A stretch of 64,000 nt of DNA from Thermoproteota archaeon (GCA_030550585.1 JAUQPB010000003.1:36333-100332), one strand, 5' to 3'. Counted from the first letter of the stretch, positions 10,462 to 21,686 are shown. Made by a program: numbers and translations. Notes: a model not told the origin generated them from the letters alone.

Positions 10462-11768
10462 TGCCGGGGGTTCTAAAGAACATAGATTATCTAGATCCTT
10501 TCACAAGGTATAAGGGGCAGAAGATTCTGGATAATCTAAAGAGGTTGAAAGGAGGGGTTGAGATACCACTTGAAATGGCTATAGATGTTTACTACACCCT
10601 GTACCTGCCATTTCCACAAATAGTCGAGGTATCAGATGTTCCGCTAGGCAAGGAGAGGCAATACAAATTGATAAAGACTATGCTTTCTGATGAGGAGGCT
10701 AAGAAGCTTAGACTATATACTGTTGCTGACAGCTTTGCCTCTGTTGCCTTGGGAACACTATTCTTCCTCAACCTGTTTTCAGAGCTTGGCAGTGAGGAGA
10801 AGGACATTGAACGGGGTAGTGGGAGAGGAGAAAGTGGTATGCGCAACCAGCAACAAAATGAGGATGAGGGAGATGGCGGAAAAAGCTTCGAGGAATCTGT
10901 AAAGAGTGCTATTAAAAAAACTGTTGACTCAGCTGAAACTGTCAAGGAGATTCAGCACTTTGTCTATGGATACAAAGCTGGTGTTGGACACACACTCAAC
11001 CTCGATGATGACGTTGCAACAGTTTTGAGACTGGTTAGAAATACAGACATCAAGAACATTTTAAATGTCTTGACTAGGGTACCAGATATTGTATCAGCTG
11101 TTAAGAAGAAGAGGATTGGGTATCAGAGAGGGGAGATAGAGGGCTATTCGAGAGGGTCAGACATAGAGAGAATTGTCTATACAGAACTTGCATATCCGCA
11201 ACTATACTTCTATACAAAGATAGCTGAGGGGGATCTACTTCTATTCGAAAAAGTTATGTACCTGACAATGGGACCTATATACGTTTTGCTAGACAAGTCT
11301 GGGAGCATGGATGGAAACAAGATCCTGTGGGCAAAAGCAACAGCTTTAGCGCTGTTCATGAGAAGCAGGTTAGAGAGAAGAACATTCTTCATAAGATTCT
11401 TTGACTCGGAACCATATGAAATGATCTCCATAAAGCCAAATGCGAAGCCTAGCTATGTAGCCAAGCTATTAGAGTACATAGCCATGATAAGAAACGGGGG
11501 TGGAACAGACATATCAAAAGCTCTTATGACAGCATGCAACGACATACTGAAGTCTGGCGCTAAAGATGCTAGCGATATAATACTGATAACAGATGGCGAA
11601 GACAGGATAGCGAAAAGCCTTGTCAAAAAAGCTCTTGTACATGCCAAGGCAAGGCTGATATCAGTAATGATAATGGGGGACAACGAAGACCTTAAAGACA
11701 TAAGCGACAACTATATGAAGGTCGTCAAGCTTTCAGACAAGGAGATGCTAACAGTAGTCAAAAGCTAG
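10461..11768 (+). CDS. VWA-domain protein, ViaA-like partner of RavA
   Basis: MIDAS motif LDKSGSM, GGGTDI, ILITDGE. Translationally coupled to the RavA-like gene. Confidence 0.88.
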   Translation: MPGVLKNIDYLDPFTRYKGQKILDNLKRLKGGVEIPLEMAIDVYYTLYLPFPQIVEVSDVPLGKERQYKLIKTMLSDEEAKKLRLYTVADSFASVALGTLFFLNLFSELGSEEKDIERGSGRGESGMRNQQQNEDEGDGGKSFEESVKSAIKKTVDSAETVKEIQHFVYGYKAGVGHTLNLDDDVATVLRLVRNTDIKNILNVLTRVPDIVSAVKKKRIGYQRGEIEGYSRGSDIERIVYTELAYPQLYFYTKIAEGDLLLFEKVMYLTMGPIYVLLDKSGSMDGNKILWAKATALALFMRSRLERRTFFIRFFDSEPYEMISIKPNAKPSYVAKLLEYIAMIRNGGGTDISKALMTACNDILKSGAKDASDIILITDGEDRIAKSLVKKALVHAKARLISVMIMGDNEDLKDISDNYMKVVKLSDKEMLTVVKS

Positions 11769-12002
11769 CAAACCCATCCTAATACATCCCCCAAACAGCT
11801 TCGAAGTCCATGCTTTAAAACAATAAAATAACCACTTTCCATAGAGCTTCATGGGAAAGACCATCAAATTGATATAGCCATTGCAGTTCCACAACCACCA
11901 TTGTATATTCCGTGGAGCAAAGCCCCATTTCAACATAGTTTACATGGCGTTTGTTTTTGATAAAACAATGTTTTAGTTACACCAATAGCTTGGTGCAACA
12001 GG

Positions 12003-12767
12003 TTGAGGAATGGGGTTACAAACATTAAATGGTTTGTTGTTGGCCACGTCCCAAACACATTTGTTGATAGAGTTCTCAAAACTGTTAGAGACTTTATCGA
12101 AAAAGTTGATGGCATTGAATATCTCGAGATCTATTTCTATGCTTCTTCATATCACAAGCTTTTGTTCATCGAGAGCGAGGCTATTGAACTAGGCGTTATA
12201 GCTGTTGGAGATTTCATTGCTATGCACGAAGCTTGGAGGGGCTGGCCAAGGATACACATAGATTATGAGAAATGTTATAAGCTTAGAGATGACCATCTAA
12301 AATCGGTTATAGTCCACGAGATTTCCCATGCCATTCTCCACGGCTCGCCGATATACTATTCAATAGCGTTGCAAGCTGGTGATATTCCCAGATTGGACTC
12401 TTTAGAGGATGTAGCAAAGCTATTGTATGTTGCAACAACAATTGCAAAGGATATGGATGTCCACGAATTTCTAATAAGAAGTGGTATGAGCGATCTAGTC
12501 GAGGGTTATGCTGATTTTGTTGCCGAGCAGTATAAGGGTCTTGACTGCAGAAACATTGATGATTTGCTGAACCTGGCCAAGGCTCTGACTGTATGTATCT
12601 ATACCCCTTCCTGCAGATTGCTGAAGACCGTTGATGAGAAGTGTATTGATGTTGCCGATAGAGTTTTGAGAATGCTCAAAGAATTTGAAGGAAGTAGGGC
12701 AAAGAGTTTATCTGAGGACACGAGATTATTGGTGAAGATGCTGTGGAACATGGTTGAAGGCAGATAG
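12003..12767 (+). CDS. Putative zinc metalloprotease-like protein
   Basis: HEXXH motif VHEISHAIL. Start codon uncertain. Confidence 0.55.
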   Translation: MRNGVTNIKWFVVGHVPNTFVDRVLKTVRDFIEKVDGIEYLEIYFYASSYHKLLFIESEAIELGVIAVGDFIAMHEAWRGWPRIHIDYEKCYKLRDDHLKSVIVHEISHAILHGSPIYYSIALQAGDIPRLDSLEDVAKLLYVATTIAKDMDVHEFLIRSGMSDLVEGYADFVAEQYKGLDCRNIDDLLNLAKALTVCIYTPSCRLLKTVDEKCIDVADRVLRMLKEFEGSRAKSLSEDTRLLVKMLWNMVEGR

Positions 12768-12806
12768 GATTCTGCCATCCACATTGTATAGCATATGAAT
12801 GCCCTT

Positions 12807-14165
12807 TTAATGGTATTGATAGACTGTTTCTATCAATGAGACTATGTATTGCGGTATATGCTCCGCCCCTGTAGCTATTACCTTCACACCTCTACCCCTG
12901 AGTTTCTTAACGAATTCTAGCTCCATCTTAGTTCTCTCAAATGCTTTTAGCCTATATATTGCGTAGCCCCATTGTGGAAGACCCTTTATCTCGAATGTCG
13001 TTGTTATAGGCACTACTATGAAAACCTCGTTTCCAAGCAAAGACAGTTTCTGTGCTATTCTGGAGAGTGTATCGAGATGGTTTACACCTCCATATGATGT
13101 GAATATGAATACCAAGCTTTTCTCTCTTGGGAGTATTTGAAGAGCTTTTGCAAGAGCCTCACGCAACATTATTGCTCTGTCAACTGAGTCCAAATCCTCC
13201 TTGCTTGTAGACCCCTCTTCGAAGCGGTAGCTAGCTACAGTCTCTAGGATTTCTCTATAGCCTTTTCGCCCCTTCTCTAGCTTGGCTGTTGAATATATCC
13301 TGCTATCTCCAGCTATTACAAGACCCATGTAGTCTCCTCTATATGAGAGATACCTAGCTATGGAGGCTACAATCCTTGAGCTGTACTCAAATGGTGTATA
13401 GCCGTAGGGGCCGCTAACCATTTTGTTTGTGCCATCAACTATGAATAGAACTCTATTCATGGTTTCGAGCTCAAGCTCTTTAACAACAAATCTTCTCTTG
13501 TATGCGAAGTACTTCCAGAGTATCCTCCTAACATCATCGCCTTCTCTATACTCTCTAACACTATAGAACTCTGTTCCAAAGCCACTTCTTCTAGATCTTG
13601 TTAATCCAGTGGATCTTGTGAATACCAGAAGCCTTCTGACCTCAGTCTCGGAAATCCTTGGAACAGCCTTCACAAAACCTACTGCATCGAACGAGCTTCT
13701 GTATCTATAGAAAGCGAAAAAATCTCTTAAAACAACATCTATAGGGCCTATCTCATGGGTTCCAATTCTTGCCTGAAAGCCCAGTCTGATCCTAGTGTAC
13801 CCCCTCGGCGGTATCAATATCAACGCCGCTCTGACACCATCAACAAGCTTCAAGAAGCTTGAGTATCGTATAGAGATCTCGGCAAATGCTATGGGTATCC
13901 TAGTCGGGTTTCTAATAACAACATCTACATATATCTTCTCACCCTCAACACCTCTCGCAGATGTTATAGACGCAGAGCATTTGTTCAATGCTATAGCAGC
14001 TAGTAGGAGATACCCTCTTACACCTGCTAGGAAAACCAGTAATGCTATGCCAGACGCTATCATCTCATACCTGTACAAAACCCCAAATGCTATGAGAAAA
14101 GCTGATAAGACTAGAAAAGCTCTTGCACGTGCTGTTGTCTCTATCGCTGTTATCTCCTCGATCAA
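12807..14165 (-). CDS. DUF58 family protein (MoxR-associated, VWA-like)
   Basis: Two N-terminal TMs, GTEFYSVREYREGDDVRRILWK, FIVDGT. Confidence 0.88.
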   Translation of the reverse strand: MIEEITAIETTARARAFLVLSAFLIAFGVLYRYEMIASGIALLVFLAGVRGYLLLAAIALNKCSASITSARGVEGEKIYVDVVIRNPTRIPIAFAEISIRYSSFLKLVDGVRAALILIPPRGYTRIRLGFQARIGTHEIGPIDVVLRDFFAFYRYRSSFDAVGFVKAVPRISETEVRRLLVFTRSTGLTRSRRSGFGTEFYSVREYREGDDVRRILWKYFAYKRRFVVKELELETMNRVLFIVDGTNKMVSGPYGYTPFEYSSRIVASIARYLSYRGDYMGLVIAGDSRIYSTAKLEKGRKGYREILETVASYRFEEGSTSKEDLDSVDRAIMLREALAKALQILPREKSLVFIFTSYGGVNHLDTLSRIAQKLSLLGNEVFIVVPITTTFEIKGLPQWGYAIYRLKAFERTKMELEFVKKLRGRGVKVIATGAEHIPQYIVSLIETVYQYH

Positions 14166-14183
14166 TATTTCACACCTATGTGT

Positions 14184-15575
14184 CTACCTCATTAAGATAT
14201 ATTCAACACCCTTTTCCCCATATATTGTTTGTCCAAGCATTGAGAGAAACTCTTCACTTTCTCTAATCATTTTAGCTGTGGTTCTATTCCATGAGAGCAC
14301 AATTGGGAGGAAACTCCTGCCCAAAGCCTTTTTATATAACTTGCACATTCTGTTCAGATACTTCTCGGCAGCATCCCTCTTGGGAATCACACTCAAAAGC
14401 CTTTCATCACATAGCTCAAGCCCGTACAATGTCTGGGTAACGGTGTTAACAATTGAGAAGAGGGTTTCAAAGTCTTGTTTCGAGAGCTTTATCCTTCCCC
14501 TCAGAATAGCGTCTCTCAAATCACCTGTGACATAACTCTCAATCTCTTTCTGCTCCTCTAGTCTCTGGTCAGCAACAATGAAAATTCTCCTCTTTAAAAA
14601 CATGTATACAGCAACCGTTATTATCAGCGAGACGATGACGGATAGGCTATAAACAGAGGATATAGATCTAAACACATTGTTGGAGAATTCTATGGCTGGT
14701 GGAAGCCAGGTTGCTGGATGTAAAAGCCTTGCTATAAATGATAGTGCAAGTGTTATTGGGTCAGAATACATATATACCATGCTATGCAAACTCTCTGGGG
14801 TTGCCCCCGGATACCTACTGCCATCCAAAACAATTCTACAACTAGCATCAAACTTGCAGAGATAGTCTATTAGAGCAATGGCAAAATCTCTATAAGAGGT
14901 TATATTGGATTCCAGAACCTGGTTTAGAAAAATTGATCCATCGCCAATTACAAACACATGTATACCCAGCTCACTCACCTCCTCAGCTGCAACAACATCG
15001 CCTGTCTCAGCATAGCCAACCACATGCACTTGACCACCGTTTACAAGAAGCTTTGATGCTATATCCAGTCTGAGGTAGTATGTCATGTTGTTCGAGCTGT
15101 TTGATGGTATGGTGATAAAGGTGTATACATATGGCCCATTCACATTGTCTATAATGATGCTTCCCGCTACACGAATAGAGGAGCCCAGTTCTCTCAGAAG
15201 ACTGTTTGAATATGTAGATTCGTCGGCTATCAAAACCGATGCATGTTTGCACTCTCTAAGGCTATTTACAATTGTGGCCGCATCACTGTTGTTATAACCA
15301 ATCTCTGGCGAGATCACTATATACAAGCATCTGTCTCCACCTCTAAGCAAATTCTCCATCTCTTGGATAGACGAAATAGTATATGTGTTTGGATATCTAG
15401 ATTTGAGTAATTCGACAAGTTTGAATGTTCCTATAGGGCCTGTGTTATATGGTGAAGCACCTATGAAGACAAGGATCTGGGGAGGGCCCTTCTCAGCTAG
15501 TGCTATAAGCCCTATTGCAATTAAGGCAAGCATTGTAGCCATTGTAACAGCTGCAACAGCTTTTTCATTTTTCAT
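14184..15575 (-). CDS. DUF4350-like membrane-anchored protein
   Basis: SPYNTGPIGT, VLIADE, IGDGSIFLNQ with N- and C-terminal TMs, in a MoxR cluster. Confidence 0.7.
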   Translation of the reverse strand: MKNEKAVAAVTMATMLALIAIGLIALAEKGPPQILVFIGASPYNTGPIGTFKLVELLKSRYPNTYTISSIQEMENLLRGGDRCLYIVISPEIGYNNSDAATIVNSLRECKHASVLIADESTYSNSLLRELGSSIRVAGSIIIDNVNGPYVYTFITIPSNSSNNMTYYLRLDIASKLLVNGGQVHVVGYAETGDVVAAEEVSELGIHVFVIGDGSIFLNQVLESNITSYRDFAIALIDYLCKFDASCRIVLDGSRYPGATPESLHSMVYMYSDPITLALSFIARLLHPATWLPPAIEFSNNVFRSISSVYSLSVIVSLIITVAVYMFLKRRIFIVADQRLEEQKEIESYVTGDLRDAILRGRIKLSKQDFETLFSIVNTVTQTLYGLELCDERLLSVIPKRDAAEKYLNRMCKLYKKALGRSFLPIVLSWNRTTAKMIRESEEFLSMLGQTIYGEKGVEYILMR

Positions 15576-15816
15576 GCGACTCTCCTTTCTCAACAGCATA
15601 GACATATGCTGAGAGTCTTAGAACATATAGCGATGCTGAGAGCAGGGTGAAACCTATCAATGCCGATATAAGGGATGTGCCAACATATGCCCTCTCCATG
15701 TATCCAACAGACCATATTAGGAATAGAATGGATAGTATTGCAAGAGCTAGTCCAACGCCTAGATATATAGCAAACTGTAGGTTTTTAATCCTTGGGGATG
15801 TGTAGCCCCTGCTCAC
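15565..15816 (-). CDS. Small two-TM membrane protein
   Basis: 83 aa with two hydrophobic helices; overlaps both neighbours in the operon. Confidence 0.7.
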   Translation of the reverse strand: MSRGYTSPRIKNLQFAIYLGVGLALAILSILFLIWSVGYMERAYVGTSLISALIGFTLLSASLYVLRLSAYVYAVEKGESHEK

Positions 15817-16892
15817 GGTGCAACACCAAAAAGTTTCGAGATACCATCTAAAAATATGAGGATGTCTGAGTAAAATCCTATATAAGTATTAGATATGCTT
15901 TCCATGAAATAGCCTATTGCAGGCCTTGTCAATGCATACAAAACATTTTTATACATGTTATAGGACACTATGAAGCCGCCAACATAGATTAGTAGTAGTG
16001 TTACTGTTGACAATATCAAAAGTGTTTTGGGGTCTAAAACAATTGGCTTCTCCAGTCTGTACATAGCATATCCGATAGCCACAAACAAGATAGTTGCTAC
16101 AGCACCTCTGATAAGATATGCATAAATTGATGATTGCCAAGAAGATAGGATGAGCATGTTCACCACTTCGTAGACCGGGGGTGTGAATAGAGCTGAGAGT
16201 GCCAGGCTCTTCACTATTGTTAGCGGGGTCTCAATATAAACATCCACATCTCTTCTGTTCTTGAGGGTCTCCAGAGCTACTTCTCTAGACCCGCCTACAT
16301 ATATCGCTATTACCTCAGGTAGAGCAGTTGTCGCTCTGTATATGGCTATGCCTATAGCTAGGGAAAACGATAGCACAAAAATGGGGTTGACAACAATTTC
16401 TCTTAGAAAGTTGTTCGAGGTTTTCTGAGCTATGTTATACGGTAGTACAGCTGCTATGTAGGCATTTGCAAGAAGAGGAACAGCTATGAGGACAACAAAT
16501 ATTGTGGTTACCGATATGAGAGTTAACACTATGGTCCTCCTCCCACCAATCTCTACAAACCTCTCTTGGCGATTTCTATAAAAGCTCTTCAAATGGTCTG
16601 CAACAGCTATGGCGCCAATGGATAGAAGAGCCTCTAGCGATATCATCGATACGCTAAACCTCGTTGCTATAGAGTATGTCACAATGGCGAGAACATAGAT
16701 GAAAGGCGTTGGGTAGACAAGCGACGCAGTTGCTAGTATAAGTGACGCCATAAGAAAGACTGTTTCAATAGGTGCTTTCACCATACTGCCAAGAACATCC
16801 AAGCCTATGGTGCTAGTAAAGGTGTTTACTATATTGAATAACAGGACAGCTACTATTACCCTAGGCAAAACCTCTAGCAATAACTTAATCAT
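15813..16892 (-). CDS. Multi-pass membrane protein of unknown function
   Basis: 359 aa with many hydrophobic segments; coupled to adjacent genes. Confidence 0.75.
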   Translation of the reverse strand: MIKLLLEVLPRVIVAVLLFNIVNTFTSTIGLDVLGSMVKAPIETVFLMASLILATASLVYPTPFIYVLAIVTYSIATRFSVSMISLEALLSIGAIAVADHLKSFYRNRQERFVEIGGRRTIVLTLISVTTIFVVLIAVPLLANAYIAAVLPYNIAQKTSNNFLREIVVNPIFVLSFSLAIGIAIYRATTALPEVIAIYVGGSREVALETLKNRRDVDVYIETPLTIVKSLALSALFTPPVYEVVNMLILSSWQSSIYAYLIRGAVATILFVAIGYAMYRLEKPIVLDPKTLLILSTVTLLLIYVGGFIVSYNMYKNVLYALTRPAIGYFMESISNTYIGFYSDILIFLDGISKLFGVAP

Positions 16893-17962
16893 TTCTTCCC
16901 ACCAGTTAGAATCCTCAAATACCTCTCGCTTTCTTCATCAACATCGCTTCTTGGGTCATGAGCATATCGCGCCGCTTCATACATCATTGTTATCTTCTCA
17001 AATGCTGTTCCAAGATCTTTGAGCTTACCAGAGGCTGTAGCTAGGTATTCTCTATGCGTCATGCTATCCTCTTTCCTCACCATATAAACACTCTCAACAA
17101 ATTTTACGGCTCTCCAATAGTTCTCTATCGCCTTTCTAAGTGGCTGTGCAAATGTTTTTGTATGCCAACCCCCGGCTCCAGCAAATCCTCTCCAGCCATG
17201 TGCTTTTCTGATCAAGCTGGCTATAGCCCCTCTCAAAACAGCAATAATCACTATTGCTAGTGTGATCCCCAGAATCAATATAATTGTTCCGCGATCTATA
17301 GAAAGAGACATTGATGGCAATTGCATGCTTGGTGCAAGCATCTGCGGAGATGCTACGCCGAGGCTAGGCATAGACTCTATTGCTTGTGGTATCCTCGGCA
17401 AAACCTCTACAATTTTTTGTGGCACCTGACTAGCGGAGTTGCTTTTCTGTTGGAGCCAATTAATGTTGGCCAGTTTCTCTAAAATCTTTGCTATAGTATC
17501 TTCGCTGGCAGTTACAATATCTTTATAGCCCTCAGCCTGGGCCAAGCTATTCACAGCATTAAGAAACTGTAGCAAATCACTTAAACTTGCATTTGATTTT
17601 GTCGCCATTTCAACAGCGTTCAAAAGTGTCTCTCTATCAATAGAGCCATTCAAAGCATAGCTATTGGCAATGTCTGCAAGAGTGCTTTTCAGATTCTCAT
17701 CGCTTATCTGATTAAGTGTATTATAAAGGTTTTGAGTGACATTCTCCTCTATGGGCGCTGTATAGCCTTGGGATAAATTGCCAAGATTCTTGTACAGAGA
17801 CTTGAGCATGTCCAAGATTTTCTCAGATGAGATGTTGTAGGGAAATCCTAGCGTGTGTCTCTCAAAAGTGGTTTGGTAGCTGTAAACCTTTGGATAAGGG
17901 ATAAGCTGTGCAACAAACAGCATTATATGTAATGTAACTATTAGAATGACTATACGTCTCAA
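16889..17962 (-). CDS. DUF4129-domain membrane protein
   Basis: Signal peptide, TM, and C-terminal SMTHREY...[14 protein letters not shown]. Confidence 0.75.
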   Translation of the reverse strand: MRRIVILIVTLHIMLFVAQLIPYPKVYSYQTTFERHTLGFPYNISSEKILDMLKSLYKNLGNLSQGYTAPIEENVTQNLYNTLNQISDENLKSTLADIANSYALNGSIDRETLLNAVEMATKSNASLSDLLQFLNAVNSLAQAEGYKDIVTASEDTIAKILEKLANINWLQQKSNSASQVPQKIVEVLPRIPQAIESMPSLGVASPQMLAPSMQLPSMSLSIDRGTIILILGITLAIVIIAVLRGAIASLIRKAHGWRGFAGAGGWHTKTFAQPLRKAIENYWRAVKFVESVYMVRKEDSMTHREYLATASGKLKDLGTAFEKITMMYEAARYAHDPRSDVDEESERYLRILTGGKK

Positions 17963-18909
17963 GGCTTTGGCACCGGAACCTTCTTCAGAATTTCCTCAAC
18001 AACTCTAGAGCTTGTGACACCCTCAACCTCATACTCGGGCTTGACAATTATTCTGTGGGAGAGGGCTGGAACAGCCACAGCCTTGACATCATCTGGAATG
18101 ACATAGCTTCTACCGTCTATATATGCCCAGGCTTTGGCGAGTCTGAGAATTGCTATGCCTGCTCTTGGCGATCCTCCAAGCTTTACTGCCACATGTCTTC
18201 TGGTCTCCTCAACTATAGAAACAATATAGTCGTAGATAGAATCGTCTACGTTAACGCTTCTAACCTGTTCAATAGCCTTCAGAACATCATCTCTTGTGAG
18301 AACAGGCTGAAGAGACTCTATACCCGCCTCAATCTCGTCAATTCTCTTGAGCATTTCCTTAAACCCCTTAGTCGATGGGTAGCCAGTGTCGATTTTCGCC
18401 AAGAACCTGTCTAGCTGTGCCTCTGGAAGTGGGAAAACACCCTCCATTTCAACAGGATTCTGAGTGGCTATAACTATGAAGGGCTCCTCAAGCTTTCTTG
18501 TAACACCCTCTACAGTAACCTGCCTCTCCTGCATAGCCTCAAGCAAAGCAGATTGTGTTCTTGGAGAAGCTCTGTTGATCTCATCAACAAGAAGAATGTT
18601 GGTGAAAATTGGCCCCTCTCTAAAAATGAATTCACCTTTTCTCTGATCATATATATAGCCTCCGATAACATCCATTGGAAGAAGATCGGGTGTCATCTGA
18701 ATTCTCTTAAAGCTGAGGCTGAGAAGCTTTGCAACAGCCTTTGCCATAGACGTTTTTGCAACGCCTGGAACACCCTCTAGAAGAACGTGGCCTTTGGAAA
18801 GCATGCATGCAATAATCATCTTAACCTCAAACTCTTTCTCGATAAGCAGACCGGAATAGACAAGCTTATCCAAAACAGTCTTAAAGCTCATAAGCATCGC
18901 ACAAATCAA
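17959..18909 (-). CDS. moxR: MoxR-proper AAA+ ATPase
   Basis: [60 protein letters not shown]. Confidence 0.93.
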   Translation of the reverse strand: MICAMLMSFKTVLDKLVYSGLLIEKEFEVKMIIACMLSKGHVLLEGVPGVAKTSMAKAVAKLLSLSFKRIQMTPDLLPMDVIGGYIYDQRKGEFIFREGPIFTNILLVDEINRASPRTQSALLEAMQERQVTVEGVTRKLEEPFIVIATQNPVEMEGVFPLPEAQLDRFLAKIDTGYPSTKGFKEMLKRIDEIEAGIESLQPVLTRDDVLKAIEQVRSVNVDDSIYDYIVSIVEETRRHVAVKLGGSPRAGIAILRLAKAWAYIDGRSYVIPDDVKAVAVPALSHRIIVKPEYEVEGVTSSRVVEEILKKVPVPKP

Positions 18910-19013
18910 TTTATGGTGGTAGAGAAAATATGTTTTTCGGATCCTTTATTACAATAGATATGCAACTAGCATACATAAAGCTATTGAAATTGAAAATGTG
19001 GTCATATAGCATT

Positions 19014-19394
19014 CTATGTAGCGACACCTCTAAGAATAACACACAGATTGTTTAGAGGTGCCAACAAAAACACCACCAAGAGTACAATTCTTGCCGACAA
19101 CTCAAAGACATTATCGGATATTATGCGCCTTCCCTGGATCTTGGCTATGAATGGCAAAAGCTTTTTCTCTGTCAGATAAACTATGTATTGGTATAGGATT
19201 ATGAATATATAGCTTAGAACCAGGTTGATAACTATTGTCGGCACCCATCCAAAATACCTCAAAAGATGTCTTATAAATATATTGCCTTCTCTATAGCCAA
19301 GCACAGCTATGCCCACATAGCTTGTAGCTATATCTAGAACCCTCAATATGATGTATGCAACAACCCATTTGTTTAGCAAAAAACCTCTTTCCAT
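19014..19394 (-). CDS. Small membrane protein (DUF5658-like)
   Basis: LDIATSYVG...EGNIF pattern and three hydrophobic segments. Confidence 0.55.
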   Translation of the reverse strand: MERGFLLNKWVVAYIILRVLDIATSYVGIAVLGYREGNIFIRHLLRYFGWVPTIVINLVLSYIFIILYQYIVYLTEKKLLPFIAKIQGRRIISDNVFELSARIVLLVVFLLAPLNNLCVILRGVAT

Positions 19395-19709
19395 GAACGA
19401 TCACAGCATCTACAAGATTGTTTATCATCGGCAACCATATTAAATAAACTTATGTGGCAATCTACTACATATAGACCGTTGCCATCCCTTTTAACTATAT
19501 TTAAATGGAGATGCTACCAAGAGCTACATCTTCCAAGAAAAGGGTTTGGCAGATTGTGTACTGCTTGCAGATATGTCTCCAGATTCTAAAGGGTTTTCTG
19601 AAAAACTATCAATAAGCTGTTCAGCAACTTTTTATAGCTTCGAATCTCTGTATCATCTAAAAACCAGAAACGTTTTTAGTTATCTGGAAAACGGTTTTTG
19701 TGTGAGAAT

Positions 19710-20087
19710 ATGTTTGTTGAAGAAACTAGCCAAGGTGGATACTCTGAGTGGATAGAGAAGGTTAAGGAGCTGTTAAGAGATATGGGTGTGAGGTTTGAGG
19801 CTGAAGAGAGTGTGAGGATACATAAAGGCGATGTTGTTATAGAGGTTATGGAGAAGGGTGACAAGTTCACAATATCGATAAGCATTGAGATTCCTAGAGC
19901 GCTTGAGCTAAGTGAGGTAGACAGATATGTCGCTGCCTACAGAAGCTTTTTAGAATTGGTTGCAAAGGCATCTACAGAGCCTTTCTATGAGCTTGATACA
20001 AGCATAGGCTACACATTTCTGAGGGCATTAATAGATGTAGAGAGCGTTGATCAGCTAATAGATAAACTCAAGACGATGCTGGGCTGA
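19710..20087 (+). CDS. Hypothetical protein
   Basis: Clean ~125-aa ORF with host-like codon usage; ATG 19710 assumed. Confidence 0.65.
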   Translation: MFVEETSQGGYSEWIEKVKELLRDMGVRFEAEESVRIHKGDVVIEVMEKGDKFTISISIEIPRALELSEVDRYVAAYRSFLELVAKASTEPFYELDTSIGYTFLRALIDVESVDQLIDKLKTMLG

Positions 20088-20110
20088 CAGCCACAAGCTT
20101 TTTTGAAAGC

Positions 20111-20785
20111 CTATTTAGGAATAAACTCTTTTTCCCATAGGGCTGTCATTCTAGATCTCTTGACCTGTCTCATAGCCTTGTCCACATATTTATATACTGT
20201 TGAGTGTTGCCTCCCCTCTATAAGCATTAAAATCGCTTCTCTGGCTATGTTAGCGCTTTCGTAGTCGCCTATTATGGCGACATAGTCGTCGTATACGGAT
20301 ATCTCTGTTCCAGTCATCTCCTCCAAGTTCTTTCTAGCCTTGCCCTCCTCGCCTATTATCCTCCCCTTAACTCTAGTCAAGTGATTTTCTGTAGGCTTCA
20401 CATACTGCTTCAAATCTATTACAACGAGTATCTGATCCTCGTTAAGAAGCTTAAACGCCCTCTCGGGCGAGAATCCATAGCCTATGGCGAGCACAGTGTC
20501 TCTGGCTTTCATAAGGTCTAGAACCTTTGTCTGCGGAGACTGGGGCTCTATCACAACAGTTCCATTGACCTCGTCAACGCTTATCCTAGTCCTCGTCTGC
20601 TCCATAAGCCTCTTCAAAACCTCGCCGTTTCTACCTATCAACACACCAATTCTCTCAAGCGGGATCCTCACATAGAGTCTTGTAACCCCCGGCATGAGAT
20701 AGCCTTGAACCACACCAATCTTTGGTTTGTTGCTGTCGCTACCTGTGCTATTCTTGTCCCCCGACTCCATGGCTTTCCATCCCAC
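20111..20785 (-). CDS. KH-domain rRNA processing protein (Dim2/Pno1-like)
   Basis: IGVLIGRNG, AIGYGFSPERA, RVKGRIIGEEG, GRQHSTVY; follows rio1. Confidence 0.92.
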   Translation of the reverse strand: MGWKAMESGDKNSTGSDSNKPKIGVVQGYLMPGVTRLYVRIPLERIGVLIGRNGEVLKRLMEQTRTRISVDEVNGTVVIEPQSPQTKVLDLMKARDTVLAIGYGFSPERAFKLLNEDQILVVIDLKQYVKPTENHLTRVKGRIIGEEGKARKNLEEMTGTEISVYDDYVAIIGDYESANIAREAILMLIEGRQHSTVYKYVDKAMRQVKRSRMTALWEKEFIPK

Positions 20786-20849
20786 AGACTGTAGATGGAT
20801 CTTAGCAATCAGCTGTTACTTGTGTTAACAGTTTAATAAGCTCCACTAT

Positions 20850-21686
20850 TCACTCCTCTAAGTACTTATCCAAATCATCGCACGTCTTATTGGATGTTAT
20901 ATAGTTGTATATCTTGTCTGGCGATGCCGCTTCTAAACCAAGCTCATCTCTGAAAAATCTCACAATGTTTATTACATCTCTGTAGAGAAACATGTGTGCA
21001 TTTGGATGCGATATTTCGACGGCTTGGCTAACATCAATTATATAAACACTGCCGTTATGAAGCATAACATTGTATTCGCTTAGATCGCCGTGGACAAGTC
21101 CTGCGAGCCAGTACATTCTATGGATGTTCCTTACAATCTCAGCAAAAATCTTTTTGGCTTCCCCATAGTCTATCTCTCCAAGTTCAACAGCCTCTTTGAG
21201 TAGGGGTGCCCTAACACCCTCTGCCCCTATAAACTCCATAACTAGAACATTTCTGTGTACACATAGCGGTTGTGGGACAGAAACTCCAGCTCTATACATC
21301 TTCACTAGATTTGAAAACTCTTTTCTAGCCCATATAGCCATGAGCTTGTGTGTCGGGAGAGATGTTATCCACTCAAATCTCTGGTCACCCTTTATATACT
21401 TCCATATACTCTTCTTGAACTCTGCAGAGGAGGTTAGATAGATCTTCACAGCCAAATCCCTACCATTCTTATCTTTTGCCCAGTAAACCCTAGCCTCTTT
21501 ACCCGATGATACAACCCCCTTAAGCTTGTCTATACAGCCCCGGCTCTTCAGCTCTAGAACTGCTAGAACTGTTGACCTGTCGAAAACCTCTTCAACTGTT
21601 TCGAATAGATCGCTGTCCTTTATCCTAGGCTCTCTAACCCTCTTGACTATCTCTCTATCAATCTCTTTCTCAATGTCTTTGCCCAT
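20850..21686 (-). CDS. rio1: RIO1 serine kinase/ATPase
   Basis: SSGKEARVY, AVKIY, WARKEFSNL, VHGDLSEYN, IIDVSQAV. Confidence 0.93.
   Translation of the reverse strand: MGKDIEKEIDREIVKRVREPRIKDSDLFETVEEVFDRSTVLAVLELKSRGCIDKLKGVVSSGKEARVYWAKDKNGRDLAVKIYLTSSAEFKKSIWKYIKGDQRFEWITSLPTHKLMAIWARKEFSNLVKMYRAGVSVPQPLCVHRNVLVMEFIGAEGVRAPLLKEAVELGEIDYGEAKKIFAEIVRNIHRMYWLAGLVHGDLSEYNVMLHNGSVYIIDVSQAVEISHPNAHMFLYRDVINIVRFFRDELGLEAASPDKIYNYITSNKTCDDLDKYLEE

Noticed and set aside
10855-10867. 13-nt match (AAAATGAGGATGA) between the CRISPR spacer and the VWA gene, suggesting self-targeting
   Set aside because: Only 13 of 49 nt match, the sequence is purine-rich and the flanks differ; compatible with chance.
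11748-11936. Trp-rich 62-aa ORF between the VWA and HEXXH genes
   Set aside because: Atypical composition, no SD or recognisable family, and it overlaps the convergent gene end.
13795-14535. 246-aa plus-strand ORF and many other antisense ORFs
   Set aside because: Shadows of well-supported genes on the opposite strand, with no motifs.
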